Below, piece by piece: positions 11,112 through 23,520 of a stretch of 64,000 nt of DNA. How positions within the stretch are numbered: the first letter of the stretch is position 1; each line of letters opens with the position of its first letter. The translations under genes and the position numbers were made by a program. The notes beneath the pieces were generated by a model. That model was not told the origin of the DNA. It searched no databases and was given only the letters and a program-made list of their open reading frames with translations. This DNA is from Mobula hypostoma (Eukaryota): assembly GCF_963921235.1 (NCBI RefSeq), contig NC_086108.1:28088001-28152000 (forward strand). Direction: 5' to 3'.

Positions 11112-13504
11112 CAGTGCCTATAATAAATATTCACACCCCCTAAAAGTTTTCCTGTTTTATTGTTTTACACCATTGAATCACAGCAGTTTTAATTTGGCGT
11201 TTTTTGACAATATCAACAAAAAATAACTCGTGTCAAAGTGAAAACAAATTTCTACAAATTGGTCTAAACTTATTACAATTACTAAACACAAAATAATTGA
11301 TTGCATAATTACTCATCCGCTTCAAGGAAGCAGATGCTCATTTAGCAGCAATTACAGCCTTGAGTCTGTGTGAATAGGTCTCTAACAGCTTTGCATAACT
11401 GGATACTGCAATTTTTCTCCATTCTTTACAAAACTGTTCAAGCCCTGTCAGATTGCTTGGAGATCATGAGTGAACAGCCTTTTTCAAGTCCAGCCACAAA
11501 TTCTCAGTTGGAAGTCTGGACTCCGACTTGGCCACTCCAGGACATTAACTTTGTTGTTTTTAAGCCATTGCTGTGTAGCTTTGGCTTTCTACTTGGTTTC
11601 AATGTCTTGCTGGTAAACAAATCTTCTCGCAAGTTGCAGTTCTCTTGCAGACTACATCAGGTTTTCCTCCAAGATTTTCCTGTATTTTGTTGCATTTGTT
11701 TTACCCTCTACCTTCACAAGCCTTCCAGGGCCTGCTGCAGTGAAGCATCCCACAGCACGATGCAGCCACCACCATGCTTCATGCTAGGGATGATGTGTTT
11801 TTGATGTTGTGCGGTGTCTGGCTTACACCAAACATAACGCTTAGTCTGAGAGCCAAAAAGTTCAATTCTGGTTTCATCAGACCACAAAATCTTCTTCCAG
11901 CTGACTTCAGAGTCTCCCACAAGCTTCCTGGTAAACTCAAGCTGAGATTTCATGAGAGGATTTTTTCCAACAGTGCCTTTGTCTTTGCCACTCTCCCGTA
12001 AAGCTGCACCTGGTGAAGCACCCGGGCAGCAGTTGTTATGTACACAGTATCTCCCATCTCAGCCACTGAAGCTTGTAACTCCTCCAGATTTGTCATAGGT
12101 CTCTTGGTGGCCTCCCTCACTAGGCCCCTTCTTGCACAATCACTCAGGTTTTAAATCTGCTCGAGGCAGATTTACAGCTGTGCCATATTCTTTCCACTTC
12201 TTGATGATTGACTTAACTACTCCAGGACATACAGCATTCAGGCTCCGTCCACACTAGACCGGATAATTTTGAAATTATCCGGTTTTGAGTAAAAACGATA
12301 GGTGTCCACACCAGGCATTTTTGAAAATATCTCCGTCCACATTAGAACGGATATTTGGGCGAATCTCCTCCTACTCGGCATGTGCAGGACACACAGAAAA
12401 CAAGCAAAGAGGAAACGGTATACTTGGTGCGCGTTTGTCCAGTTACAGACTAGAAAAACTTAAAGGGAATTGCTTTGGGGTCTCGCGCAGGAGGACTTAA
12501 AACTAAAAAAAAACAATACTGGAGCGTCTGGAGGCAACCAACAGGGAGTTCACGGACAGTATGACCCGGCTGACGACGAACATTGAAAAACTGACTAACT
12601 TTGTTGGATTAATAAAGCACCTTGTTAAATGTATAAACATGTCTGCATCAGTGTTATCTTGTATTTCCATACAATGTTACATTAGGCTGTTACACATCTA
12701 TTGTCAGAGAAGTACTTGCATAAATAGGTAAACCACCTTCATACAAGCAAGGACAGAAAGCAGGGCAAAGTGAGTATACTTATTCATTCAGTAAGCTATG
12801 GGTCAAAGTATTTGGTGAGTACATTTCTAACTCTTCTGGCTTCTGTCTCGTTGCCCTCTGTTCTGAAATTGTTAGGTTGTGTGGGGGGGTTGCGTTCAAG
12901 AAAACAATGAAATGCCGCGCTGTCGCCATCTGTTCCGGCACGTCATGACAGCGTTTTTAAAAATACCCATTTACCCCGTCCACACTGCTCTGCACAATCG
13001 GTGTTTTCAAATTTACACATTCTGGAGGGCATTTTAGAGAATCTCCGTTTTCGGGGGAGGAAAACGCTGTTTCAGTGTGGACGGAGAGTCAAAACGAAGA
13101 GAAAAAGCTTCAGTTACGGATTTATCTGGTCTAGTGTGGACGTAGCCTCAGTGACTTGGAAATTTTCTTGTATTCATCTCCTGATAAGCTTTTCAATAAC
13201 CTATTGGCAGAGCTGCTTGGAGTGTTCTTTTGTCTTCATGGTGTAGTTTTTGCCTGGGTGCTGACTCACCAGCAATTGGACCTTCCAGGTACAGGTGTAT
13301 TTTTACTACAATTAATTGTAACACAGGTGATCTCTATTTAACTAATCATGTGACTTCTGAAACCAATTGGCGGTACCAGTGATGATTTAGTGTGTCATAC
13401 TAAAGGGGGCCGAATGCATATGCAGTCAATTATTTTGTGTTTTACATTTGTAATTAATTTAGATGACTTTGTAGAAATCTGTTTTCACTTTGACATAAAA
13501 GAGT
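11112..13504 (-). mobile_element. Tc1-like transposon with long IR/DR termini, decayed
   Basis: TA+CAGTGCCTATAATAAATATTCACACCCC end; 11230-11325 inversely repeated at about 13400-13500; ORF 11714-11953(-) WKKILWSDETRIELFG..SMKHGGGCIVLW (DDE domain). Confidence 0.88.
12241..13147. mobile_element. PIF/Harbinger-type non-autonomous element nested in the Tc1 element
   Basis: TIRs GGCTCCGTCCACACTAGACCGGATAA / TTATCTGGTCTAGTGTGGACGTAGCC; 3-bp TSD TCA (12238-40, 13148-50); subterminal GTCCACAC repeats. Confidence 0.85.
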
Positions 13505-15705
13505 TAGAGTATCTTACTACAATTATATAGATCCTTATTGAGATGCTGTCTGGAATATTGCATCTACATCCATCTCACTGCCCAAAAATGGGCATATCCA
13601 ATAGATGTCATACATCAAAGGTTCACCAGATTGACTTTTCCCATTGGGAATTTGGTCTATGAGGAAAGATTATGCAGACTGGCCAACATTGTCTTGTGTT
13701 TAGAAAAATGCAAGATGTTCACGTTGAAACTTGCAGATTTTTCCAGAGCCTGAAAAAGTGGATGCAGTGTGTATTTCCCCTGTTGGAGGTGTCTAGAACC
13801 AGTGGTCATGGATTAAGGTAAATGTAGCCCATTCAGTACTGGGTGAAAATAAATGTGTTCGGCCAAGTGGGTGGTGAATCTTTTGAGTCTACTACCAGTG
13901 GAGGCTCAGTCACTAAATGTCTTCACAGCGCACAGCAATAATAATTAAGGGGATCAGAGACATGCGATTAGTGCAGGAAAGTGGCTTTGAGATAAAATAT
14001 CAGCAATTAACTTAATAAATTGGATATCAGGCATGAGGGCGGAAAATTCATTCCTGATTCTACATCTTATGTTTTTGTAAACTAACTGCTGCTAAGCTCA
14101 GGCAAGGAGAGCTCTTTGTCCCCCTGGCTGCTCCACTTAGACCTGTTTGTATGCTGAGGTCCTTCCAGTGCTACTTTCTCAAGCATCAGTCAACTCTATT
14201 AATGAGCCCATTTTTTCAGACTACGTTGGCAAACAGCAAGGAATACTCAACAATCTGGAACACCTGAACAGAAAAAAAATATCCAGAATCAGTCTTCCAA
14301 TCTTCTACAATAGATTCTGTCAAAACTACATAATATCTTGTGTATATTATCTGGATTTGTCCTTTGATATACATTTCCCTAGAGTTCCTACAAGATCAAA
14401 TATCCTAAAATATTATAAAATGCATAAATTCACTCCAGAGATGTCAAGCATTCCTCAGGAGTAAAGCAGTTAATGGCAACTTTGCATGGCCCATGGATTG
14501 GGCACAAGAAGTAAAAAAAAATGCTCCACAATGGTGTCCATTGTGAAATAGACATCTGCTCCAGCCACAGCTATAAACTCAAATGTCCTATGGCTGCCAA
14601 GGTCACCAAGGGTAAGAATGCTTCTGCCTCAGGCTTCCTGCAGGGTGAAGCTCGAAATATTTGCAATACCTCACAGCTCACCATCTGCTCTTGCACAAGG
14701 AAGATCATTGATGCCCTCAGAAAATGAGGTGCATTTCACTCATCCTTTGCAGAAAGCAGAACACGTGAAGGAATATAAGACCATGAGATCATAAGTATAG
14801 GAGCTGAATTAGGACATTTCACCTATGAAGTCTGCTCCACCATTTCATCATACCTGATCCAATTTTCCTTTCGGCCCCAATCTCCTGCCTTCTCCCAGTA
14901 TCCCTTCAGGCCCTGACAATCAAGAATCTATCAACCTCTGCCTTAAATATACATAAAGATTTGGCCTCCACTGCTGCCTGTGGCAAAGAATTCCACATTT
15001 TCACCACTCTCTGGCCAAAGAATTTCCTCCTGATCTCCATCGTAAAAGGACGCCCTGCTATTCTGAGTCTGTGTCTTCTGGTCCTAGACTCTCCCACCAT
15101 AGGAAACCATCCTTTACACATTCACTCTATCAAGGCATTTCACCATTTGGTAGGTTTCACTGAGGTTACCCCTTCTGAAATCTTCTGAATTCTAGTGAAT
15201 ACAGGCCCTGAGTCATCAAACACTCTTCATATGACAAGCCATTCAATCCTGGAATCATTTTCGTGAACGACATTTGAACCCTCTCCAGTTTCAGCACATC
15301 CTTTCTAAAATAAGGGGCCCAAATCTGCTCACAATACTCCAAGTGAGGCCTCGCCAGTGCTTTATAAAGTCTCAACATTACATCCTTGCTTTTATATTCT
15401 CATCCTCTGGGAATGAATGTTACCACTGCATTTGCCTTTCTCACCACAGACTCAACCTGCAAATTAACCTTCAGGGAATCCTGCACAAGGACTCCCAACT
15501 CCCTTTTGTGCCTCAGTTTTTTATATTTTCTCTCCATTTAGAAAATAGTTATCCTTTTCATTTCTTCTACCAAAGTGCATGGCCGTAAACTTCCCGACAC
15601 TGTATTCCATCTGCCGCTTCCTTGACCATTCTCCTAATCCGTCTAAGTCCTTCTGTAGGTTTTCCACTTCCTCAAAGCTACCTGCCCCTCCACCTATCTT
15701 CATGT

Positions 15706-18700
15706 GTGTGTGTATATAACATATATAACCATCTAATGTATGGAGGAATAGGACAACGTTTCTTGGAACCAGGGTGTAAAACACAGTAGTACACATAACA
15801 CATGATAACTTACGAAGGTAAGGATAAAATCTACAGATGACTCACGCATAACTAACAATATCTTCAATATTGTAAGGTACGGAGCAGATTAACCACTGAC
15901 ACTTTGAATACAATGCAGCAGGGAGTTCAGAAACCTAATGGTTTAGGGGAAGAAACTGTTTCTCAGCCTGACCATTCTTGTTTTTATCCATCGTAGTCCT
16001 CTGCCTGATGTTAGAAAGTCAAAGAGGGTGCTGGACGGATGGGAAGAATCCTTAAAAATACTAACGGCCCTGTGTACACAGAGCTCCTGATAACTGTCCC
16101 CATTGGATGGTAGGGAGATCCCTTTGACCTGCTGAGCTGTTTCTCAGTCCTTTGTAGGGACTGTTAGACCAATGCTTGACTGCTGACATACCTGACGGAT
16201 ATGCAACATGTCAGAATGCTCCCAATGGTTTTCCTGTAAAACACAGTTAAAATTGGGGAGTGGGAGGTGGTGAGCCTTGCTTCCCTCTATCTTCTTAGGA
16301 AGTGGAGGTGCTGCTCTGTCTTCTTGTTCAGAGAGGTGATATTAAGGGACCAGGTGAGGTCATCCGTGATGTGAACTCCCAGGAACTTAGTGCGCTTAAC
16401 TCTCTCTACAGAGGAGCCATGTATTTTCAGAGGGGGATGGTTTGTCTGCACCTTCCTGAAGTCCACAATGATTTCCTTGGTCTTCTCCATGTTTAGACTT
16501 AGTCAAGTCAAGTCACTTTTTAGATTATGAAGACACACAGTCCTCTTTTATCGTCATTTAGTAATGCATGCATTAAGAAATGATACAATATTTCCTCCGG
16601 TGTGATATCACGAAACACAGGACAGACCAAGACTGAAAAAACTAACAAAACCACATAATTATAACACATAGTTACAATTGTACAATAATACCATAACCGG
16701 ATGAAGAACAGTCAAGGGCAGAGTAAAAAGTTCAAAGTCTCTCAAATGTCCCACATCTCACACAGACGGGAGAAGGAAGAAAACTCTCCCTGCCATGCCC
16801 GACCACAGTCCGACTCTGAGTCATCCGAAAACTTCGAGCCTCTGATCAACCCTCTGACACCGAGTACCGAGCACCATCTCTATCCGAACGATTCGACCTC
16901 AATCTCGGTTGCCAGCAGCAGGCAAAACCAGGGATTCTGGGGCCTTCCCTCCGGAAGATTCTCGATCACCCAGAAACAGCGGCAGCGAACCCGCGTTTCA
17001 GAAATTTCTCCAGATGTTCCTCTGTGCCTTCATGTCTGTCTCCATCAAATCCGAATTGTCCACGGCCCCTATTTAATGGATACGATACCATTTTCATCGG
17101 AGGGCTGCGCGCGCGCGGCACGCTGCTATCTCCTCCTCCTGCCTTGTCATTTCGACCATTACTGCTGGTACAGTACACAGTAAAAACAAGACAATATTTT
17201 TCAGGACCATGATACTACATGAACAATACAAAAACTACACTGAACTATGTAAAAAACTACACAAAACTACACTAGACTACAGACCTATCCAGGACTGCAT
17301 AAAGTGCACAAAACAGTGCAGGCATTACAATAAATAATAAACAAGACAATAGGCACAGTAGAGGGCTGTAGGTTAGTGTCAGTCCAGGCTCTGGGTGTTG
17401 AGGAGTCTGATGACTTGGGGGAAGAACCTGTTACATAGTCTGGTCGTGAGAGCCGGAATACTTCAGTGCCTTTTGCCAGATGGCAGGAGGGAGAAGAGTT
17501 CGTATGAGGGGTGTGTGGGGTCCTTCATAATGCTGTTTGCTTTACGGATGCAGCGTGTGTTGTAAATGTTTCTAATGGTGGGAAGAGAGACTCCGATGAT
17601 CTTCTCAGCTGACCTCACTATCCGCTGCAGGGTCTTGCGATCCGAGATGTTGCAATATCTGAACCAGGCTGTGATGCAGCTGCTCAGGATGCTCTCAATA
17701 CAACCTCTATAGAATGTGGTGAGGATGGGGCTGGGAGATGAACCACCCCCATTCTACTTCGGAGAAAGTAGAGATGCTGCTGGGCTTTCTTTGCTATGGA
17801 GATGGTGTTGAGGGACCAGGTGAGATTCTCCGCCCGGCGAACACCAAGAAATTTGGTGCTCTTAACAATTTCTACGGAGAAGTCGTTGATGTTCAGCGGA
17901 GAGTGGTCGCTCCATGTCCTCCTGAAGTCAACAACCATCTCTTTTGTTTTGTTCACATTCAGAGACAGGTTGTTGGCTCTGCACCTCCATTAGCCGCTGC
18001 ACCTCCTCTCTATATGCTGACTCATCGTTCTTGCTGATGAGACCCACCACGGTAGGTTGTTCTTCTCACACCAATCCAGCAGCCACTCCACTCCCTCTCT
18101 ATACTCCATCTTGTCATCGTTCTTGATAAGGCCAACCACTGTTGTGTCATCTGCAAACTTGATGACGCGGTTTGAGCTGGAACCTGTGACACAGTCATAC
18201 ACCAGCAGTGTGAACAGCAGTGTCAGAGCACACAGCCTTGGGGAGCACCAGTGCTCAGCATAATGGGACAAGGGACATTGCTGCCCTCAAGGACTGACTG
18301 TGGCTTTACTGTTAACAGGTCCAGTATTCAATTGCAGAGGGAGGTGCTGAGCCGGAGTAAGAACAGATTCCCCACGAGTTTCTGTGGAATGATGGTGTTG
18401 AATGCTGAACTGAAGTCTATAAACATCAGAATGGCATATCAGACCCTGTTTTCCAGGTGGGACAGGACAGAGGCTATTGCATCAGCAGAGCATTGATTTG
18501 AGTGATGAGTGAACTGGAAAGAGTCCAGTGTAGCCAGGAGAAAGGTTTTAATGTCTCCATGACTAGCAGCTCAAAGCATTTTGTAATGGTTGATGTTAAT
18601 GCCACCGGACAATAGTCATTTAGTCAGATTACTATCACCTTCTTTGGCACTGGAATGATGGTTGCCACCTTGAAAACTGAGGGGACAATGGATTGTTCCG

Positions 18701-19515
18701 GAGAGATGTTGAATATATCTGTCAGCACTTCCGTCAGCTGGGCTGCACAGTCTTTTAGAAACTGACCTGGTATCTTATTGGGCCCCGCAGCTATTCGTGG
18801 GTTGACCCTGACCAGGATCTTCTTTACCTCAGCTTCAGCCAGAGTGTTTGCTCCCCTGGGGGGAGGGGTGCCTTCCTCACCAGCAGAACGCTCCGTGCAT
18901 CAAGTCGGGCGTAGCAAGCATTCAGCTCCCTAGGGAGTGAAGCATCCTGTCACTGACGTGCAGGGTAGACTCGTCTGTAATTCTCTGAATTCCCTGCCAC
19001 ATGCACCTCGTGTCTCTGGTATCACAGAAGTGGCTGTACATTCTCTGAGAATGCTCCCATTTTTCTTCCAGATGGAGTGGGAAAGCACAGTTCTCGCTTC
19101 CCAGAGAGCTGTCACATCTCCCGATTTAAAAGCAGTACCACGATCCCTCAGCCTGGACCTCTGCAGTAAGCCACAGCTTCTGATTTGCCCTCACCTGGAT
19201 GTGTTTCATGTCTATGTAGCTGGTCACAGAATCCACATATTCCTCGATGTTAACATGGTTGCCATAGGTAGCAGCCTCCCTGAACAGTCGCCAGTTTATA
19301 TCATCAAAGCAGTCCTGCAGTGCAGAGATTGCACCCTCAGGCCACGTTTTCTCACCACCTTTACAATTGGTTTGACCTGTTGGTTTGCTGGTTTGTATGC
19401 TGAAGTTAACACTACAGATAAGTGATCTAGGAGCCCCATGTGAGGTTAAAAGTCTGCTTTATAGGAACCTGGTCTGTTAGTGTAAAGCCGATCTCATGTG
19501 TTTTCTCCTCTGGTA
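15706..19515 (-). mobile_element. Two nested Rex1/Babar-like LINEs (A: 15706-16500 + 18052-19515; B: 16501-16520 + 17144-18051)
   Basis: KTKEIIVDFRK..KFLGVHITDDLTWSLN (16287-16490) and KTKEMVVDFRR..KFLGV (17684-17956); VIKFADDTTVVGLI (17990-18271); (TTGAC)n tail at 16500. Confidence 0.82.
16521..17143 (-). mobile_element. CpG-rich non-coding retroelement with a LINE-like 3' end
   Basis: Splits CACTTTTT|TTGTCATTTCG of Rex B; head GGAGGAGATAGCAGCG, 3' end AAATGACGATAAAAGAGG; no recognisable coding. Confidence 0.6.
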
Positions 19516-19739
19516 ACCAGCAGCCAACCTGAAAAGGCTCTTTTTATTCCTACTCTTTGCCTCTTGCCAATCAGCCACTGCTCTATCCATGCCAGAATCT
19601 TTCCTATAATACTGTGGGCTCATAGCTTGTTAAGCAGTCTCATGTGTGGCACGTTGTCTGAGGCCTTCTGAAAATCCAAGTACACAGCAACAACCAATTC
19701 TCCTTTGTCTATCCTGCTTGTTATTTCATCAAAGAACAT

Positions 19740-21085
19740 ACGAATATCAATTTCTCCTTCCCTTCCCCCTCCTCTATTCTCCACTCCGGTCTTTTACCTC
19801 TTCTTGCCTACCTATCACTTCTCCTGGGTCCAATCCTTCTTCCCTTTCTCCTACAGTCCCCCCTCTTTTCCTAACAGATTCCTTCTTCTCCAGCCCTTTA
19901 CCTTTCCCAAAGTTCAAAGTAAAATTTATTATCAGAGTAAATACATGTCACCACATACAATCCTGAGATCCCTTTTTGCTGGCATACTTAGCAAATCTAC
20001 AGAAGAGTAACTGTAAAAGGATCCGTAAACTGTAAACATCGGGAACAGTTAGCTGTAAACAAACTGTGCAAATACTGATAACAAATAAATATCAATAAAT
20101 AATGAGCATGAAATAACAAGATAACAAAGTCCTTAAATGAGTGTAGTTACCCCCTTTTGTTCAAGAGCCTGGTGATTGAGGAATAGGTATTGTCCCTGAA
20201 CCTGGTGGTGTGAGTCCTGAGGCACCTGTACCTTCCACCTGAGCAGCAGCAGGAAAAGAACATTTCCTTGGTGGTGAAGATTTTTGATGATGGATGCTGA
20301 TTTTCTACAGCAACGTTTCATGTAGATGTGCTCAATCGTTGGGAGGGTTTTACCCGAGACTCACTGGGCCGAATTCACGACCTTTTGTAGGATTTTCCGT
20401 TCAAAGGCATTAATGTTCCCATACTAGGCCATAATGCAGTCAGTAAGCACACTTTCCAACACATATATCTATAGAAGTTATCCCATTATAGAAATAGAGA
20501 ATTCCTGTTTCCCCCGGAATCTCCACAGACTCCTGAGGAAATAGAGGCACTGTTCTGCTTTCTTCACAATTATATTTATATGATAGGTCCAGCACAGGTC
20601 CTCTGAGAACTAGTGACACCCAACAATTTAAAGTTACTGACCCTCTCCACCTCTGATCCTCTGATAATTACTGGCTCATGGACTTCTGGTTTCCCTCTCC
20701 TGATGTCTACTATCAGTTCCTTGGTCTTATTGACTTTGAGAAAGAGGTTGTTGTTATTTAAACCACTCGGGCAAATTTGCGATCTCCCTCCTGTATACTG
20801 ATCCATCGCCACCTTTGATACAGCCCACAACAGAGGTGCCATGTGCAAATTTGTTTCCTACCCACCTGGCTTCACCTAGCACCTTCCAGCTAGCCTCATT
20901 CCCCTCACCCCACCTTCTTATTCTGGCATATTCCCTCTTCCTTTCAGTCCTGAAGAAGGGTCTCAGCCCGAGACGTCGACTGTTGATTAATTTCCATAAA
21001 TGTTGTCTGACCTGCTGAGTTCCCCCAGTGTTCGGTGTGTTGTGCTTTGGATTTCCTGCATCTGCAGACTTTCTTGTGTTTATGA
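19740..21085 (+). mobile_element. PLE 3' fragment (19740-19908 + 20850-21085) split by a Rex1-like 3' fragment (19909-20850, -)
   Basis: NINF-like C-terminus, pyrimidine-rich UTR, degenerate hammerhead at 20946-20981; the insert encodes KVNKTKELIVDIRRGK..FKLLGV and has a (TTTGAAC) tail. Confidence 0.75.
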
Positions 21086-21734
21086 TATGGATTCACAAGT
21101 CTGGATACTTTCCTCTGCTGTCAGCTGCCAGTCACTGCATGTTTCTCATTCTTGATGGACAGCAAGTCAAGTCTGAGATAGACAGCAGACGGCAAGCTGA
21201 TGTATGAACATACACATTCTGTCATGCAGGTTAATAGCCTGTATCCTGGGAGCAGTTATAAAAGCTTTTTACATAAGATAGTTTACATTTAACCTGCCAG
21301 GAGAACAAATGGTGCCTGCAGGGCTACTAAAGCTCTTGATTCTGGTGTGCAGACTGCAGACGAGGACAGCACATGGGCAATGAAAGCTACGATGCCACAT
21401 GAATTGTGTTAGATCATATCATGGCCATCGGTGTGCTGCAGTTACAACTCTGTTGCTTAGATAGATCTGCAGAGCAGGTGTCAAGCCACATCCTGTGTGC
21501 CTTGTGTTGCCTCATGTCAGCAGTAGAAAGACATAACCTGCCCCATCTAACCCACTAGCAGAGGGACTGGTTGAATATAGGATGTGTAGTACAGGGGGAG
21601 GAAGTTAATCTATTTATCATAATCATAATGTCATGCCACATGGAAACAGACCCATTGCACACAAATCCATGCCGACCATCAACCAACTGTTTACACTAAT
21701 CTCGTTTTATTCTCCCCACGTACTCATCCTTTAT

Positions 21735-22172
21735 TTTTGATTTCTCAAAGTTCTGGTAATTGTGCGCCCCCCGCCCTTCACCACTCCCCATTCCTGTGTT
21801 CCTCTCCCTTTACCTGCCCATCACCTCCCTCTGGTGCTCCTCCCCCTTCCCTTTCTTCGATGGCCTTCTGTCCTCTCCTATCAGATTCCCCCTTCTCCAG
21901 CCATTTATCTCGTTCACCAATCAACTTCCCAGCTCTTTACTTCACCCCTCCTCCTCTCCTGGTATCACCTATCATCTTGTACTTTTTTCCTCCCCTCACT
22001 CCACCTTCTTACTCTGACTTCTCATCTTTCTTTCCAGTCCTGACGAAGAGTTTTGGCCCAAATTGTCGACTATTTACTCCTTTCCATAGATGCTGCCTGG
22101 CCTTCTGAGTTTCTCCAGCATTTTGTGTGTGTCACTTTGGATTTCCAGTATCTGCAGATTTTATCGTGTTTG
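21735..22172 (+). mobile_element. PLE 3' UTR/pseudo-LTR fragment
   Basis: Pyrimidine-rich tract, degenerate hammerhead CAGTCCTGACGAAGAG.., terminus CAGTATCTGCAGATTTTATCGTGTTT. Confidence 0.75.
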
Positions 22173-22307
22173 AGATTTATGATATATGGATCCAGTGCCA
22201 TTTTCCCAGTCCAGGACGCCAGCAATACTTGTTTCATAGAGAAGGGCACATTGCTTGCAGAGCAAATTGCACACTGGCACTCATAATGTTGACATCAATA
22301 TTATTGA

Positions 22308-22540
22308 TGTGGTGAATCTGTGGAATTTGTTGCCACAGGCAGCTGTGGAGGCTAAGCCATTGCCTATATTTAAAGCAGAGGTTGATAAATTCTTGACTAG
22401 TCAGGGCGTGAAGGGATACGGGGAGAAGTTGGGAGATTGGGACTGAGAGGGAAATGGATCAGTCATGATGAAATGGCAGAGCAGACACGATGGGTCAAAT
22501 GGCCTAATTCTGCTCCTATATCTTATGGTCTTATGGTCTA
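22308..22540 (+). mobile_element. CR1 LINE 3' end
   Basis: VVNLWNLLPQAAVEAK..FKAEVDKFL; (CTTATGGT)2 tail. Confidence 0.8.
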
Positions 22541-23520
22541 ATATGGAGCAAGCTTAGTTTACGCAACTGCAGACTGGGGCTTCTTTTTCAAGACCCATAC
22601 ATTGGGCAGCTACAGTACTGCATTGGATACTGAGTTTTCAACTGCAGGATGCCAACATAGAGGATATAGGAGCTTTGATGGATCGTTCCTCATTTCTATA
22701 CTGGCAGTGATGGGTTCCAAACTCTGTACAAAGTTTAAAGTTGGAATTCATTTATTGATTTATTGAAGCTCATTGATTTATTGTTGTCATTTGTACCCAG
22801 GGACAATGGAAAGATTTGTTCTGCAAGCCATCCAACCTGATCTTTCCATACAGAAGTTCATTGAGTTGGCAGACAGAAAAGAGAATGAAGAATCTAGTGT
22901 TACAGTTACGGAAAGTGTGCAGTGAAGGTAGACAAATTGAGTGCAAAAGTGGTAATCAGGCAGATTGGTAGATCAAGGGTTAATGTTTAGTGTATGAAAG
23001 GTCTGTTCAAAACTTTGAGATTGCACTGCCCTTGACTCTTCACACTAACCCCAACATTACCATCAAATCCCCATACAGAGGTAGTACTGTTGTAGTGTGT
23101 CAGACTAACTTCTACCTTGCTGAGGCCAGATGGCAATTCTCGGGAACATCCTCTTACCCCTTGAAAAGGCCCCACTGAGGACCATCAGGCCACTGTTTCC
23201 TGCACTGTCACTAATCCCATCAACTCTCGAGATCTCCCACCCACTGCCACCAAACTCATGGTTCCCTAACCCTGCACTGCTTGTTTCTATCTCCCACCCA
23301 AGATCCAGAAACGTGACTGTCCAGGTAGGCTCATTGTCTCTGCCTACTCTTGAACCGCTGAACTCATAACCACATACTTCAGCTCCATTCTCTCCCCCAT
23401 GGATCAGTCCCTTTCCACCTATACGCACAACACTACACATGCTCTCAATCTCCTAAACAACCTACAATTCCCTCGCCCTGACAACCTTATTCTCACCATG
23501 GACATGCAGTCCCTATACTG

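Larger units (their letters stand above)
10380..14075 (+). mobile_element. Old CR1 LINE fragments (about 10380-11105 and 13510-14075), split by a Tc1 element
   Basis: EKLSEYFPSIFT, KVPGPGDLYPRIL, GNHRPDSLTSV, QHG-MKGQSYLTNLL CR1 RT motifs, heavily decayed. Confidence 0.65.
14776..19740 (-). mobile_element. CR1 LINE (14776-15705 and about 19515-19740), host of nested Rex1-like insertions
   Basis: LRLYKALARPHLEYCEQIWAPY, KIGGGAGSFEEVENLQKDLDGLGEW, RKFFGQRVVKMWNSLP. Confidence 0.85.

Noticed and set aside
14085..14263. Possible minus-strand exon (TTTTTTCTGTTCAG acceptor, GTTAGT donor)
   Set aside because: All three frames have stops and there is no homology or transcript evidence; such splice-like motifs occur by chance.
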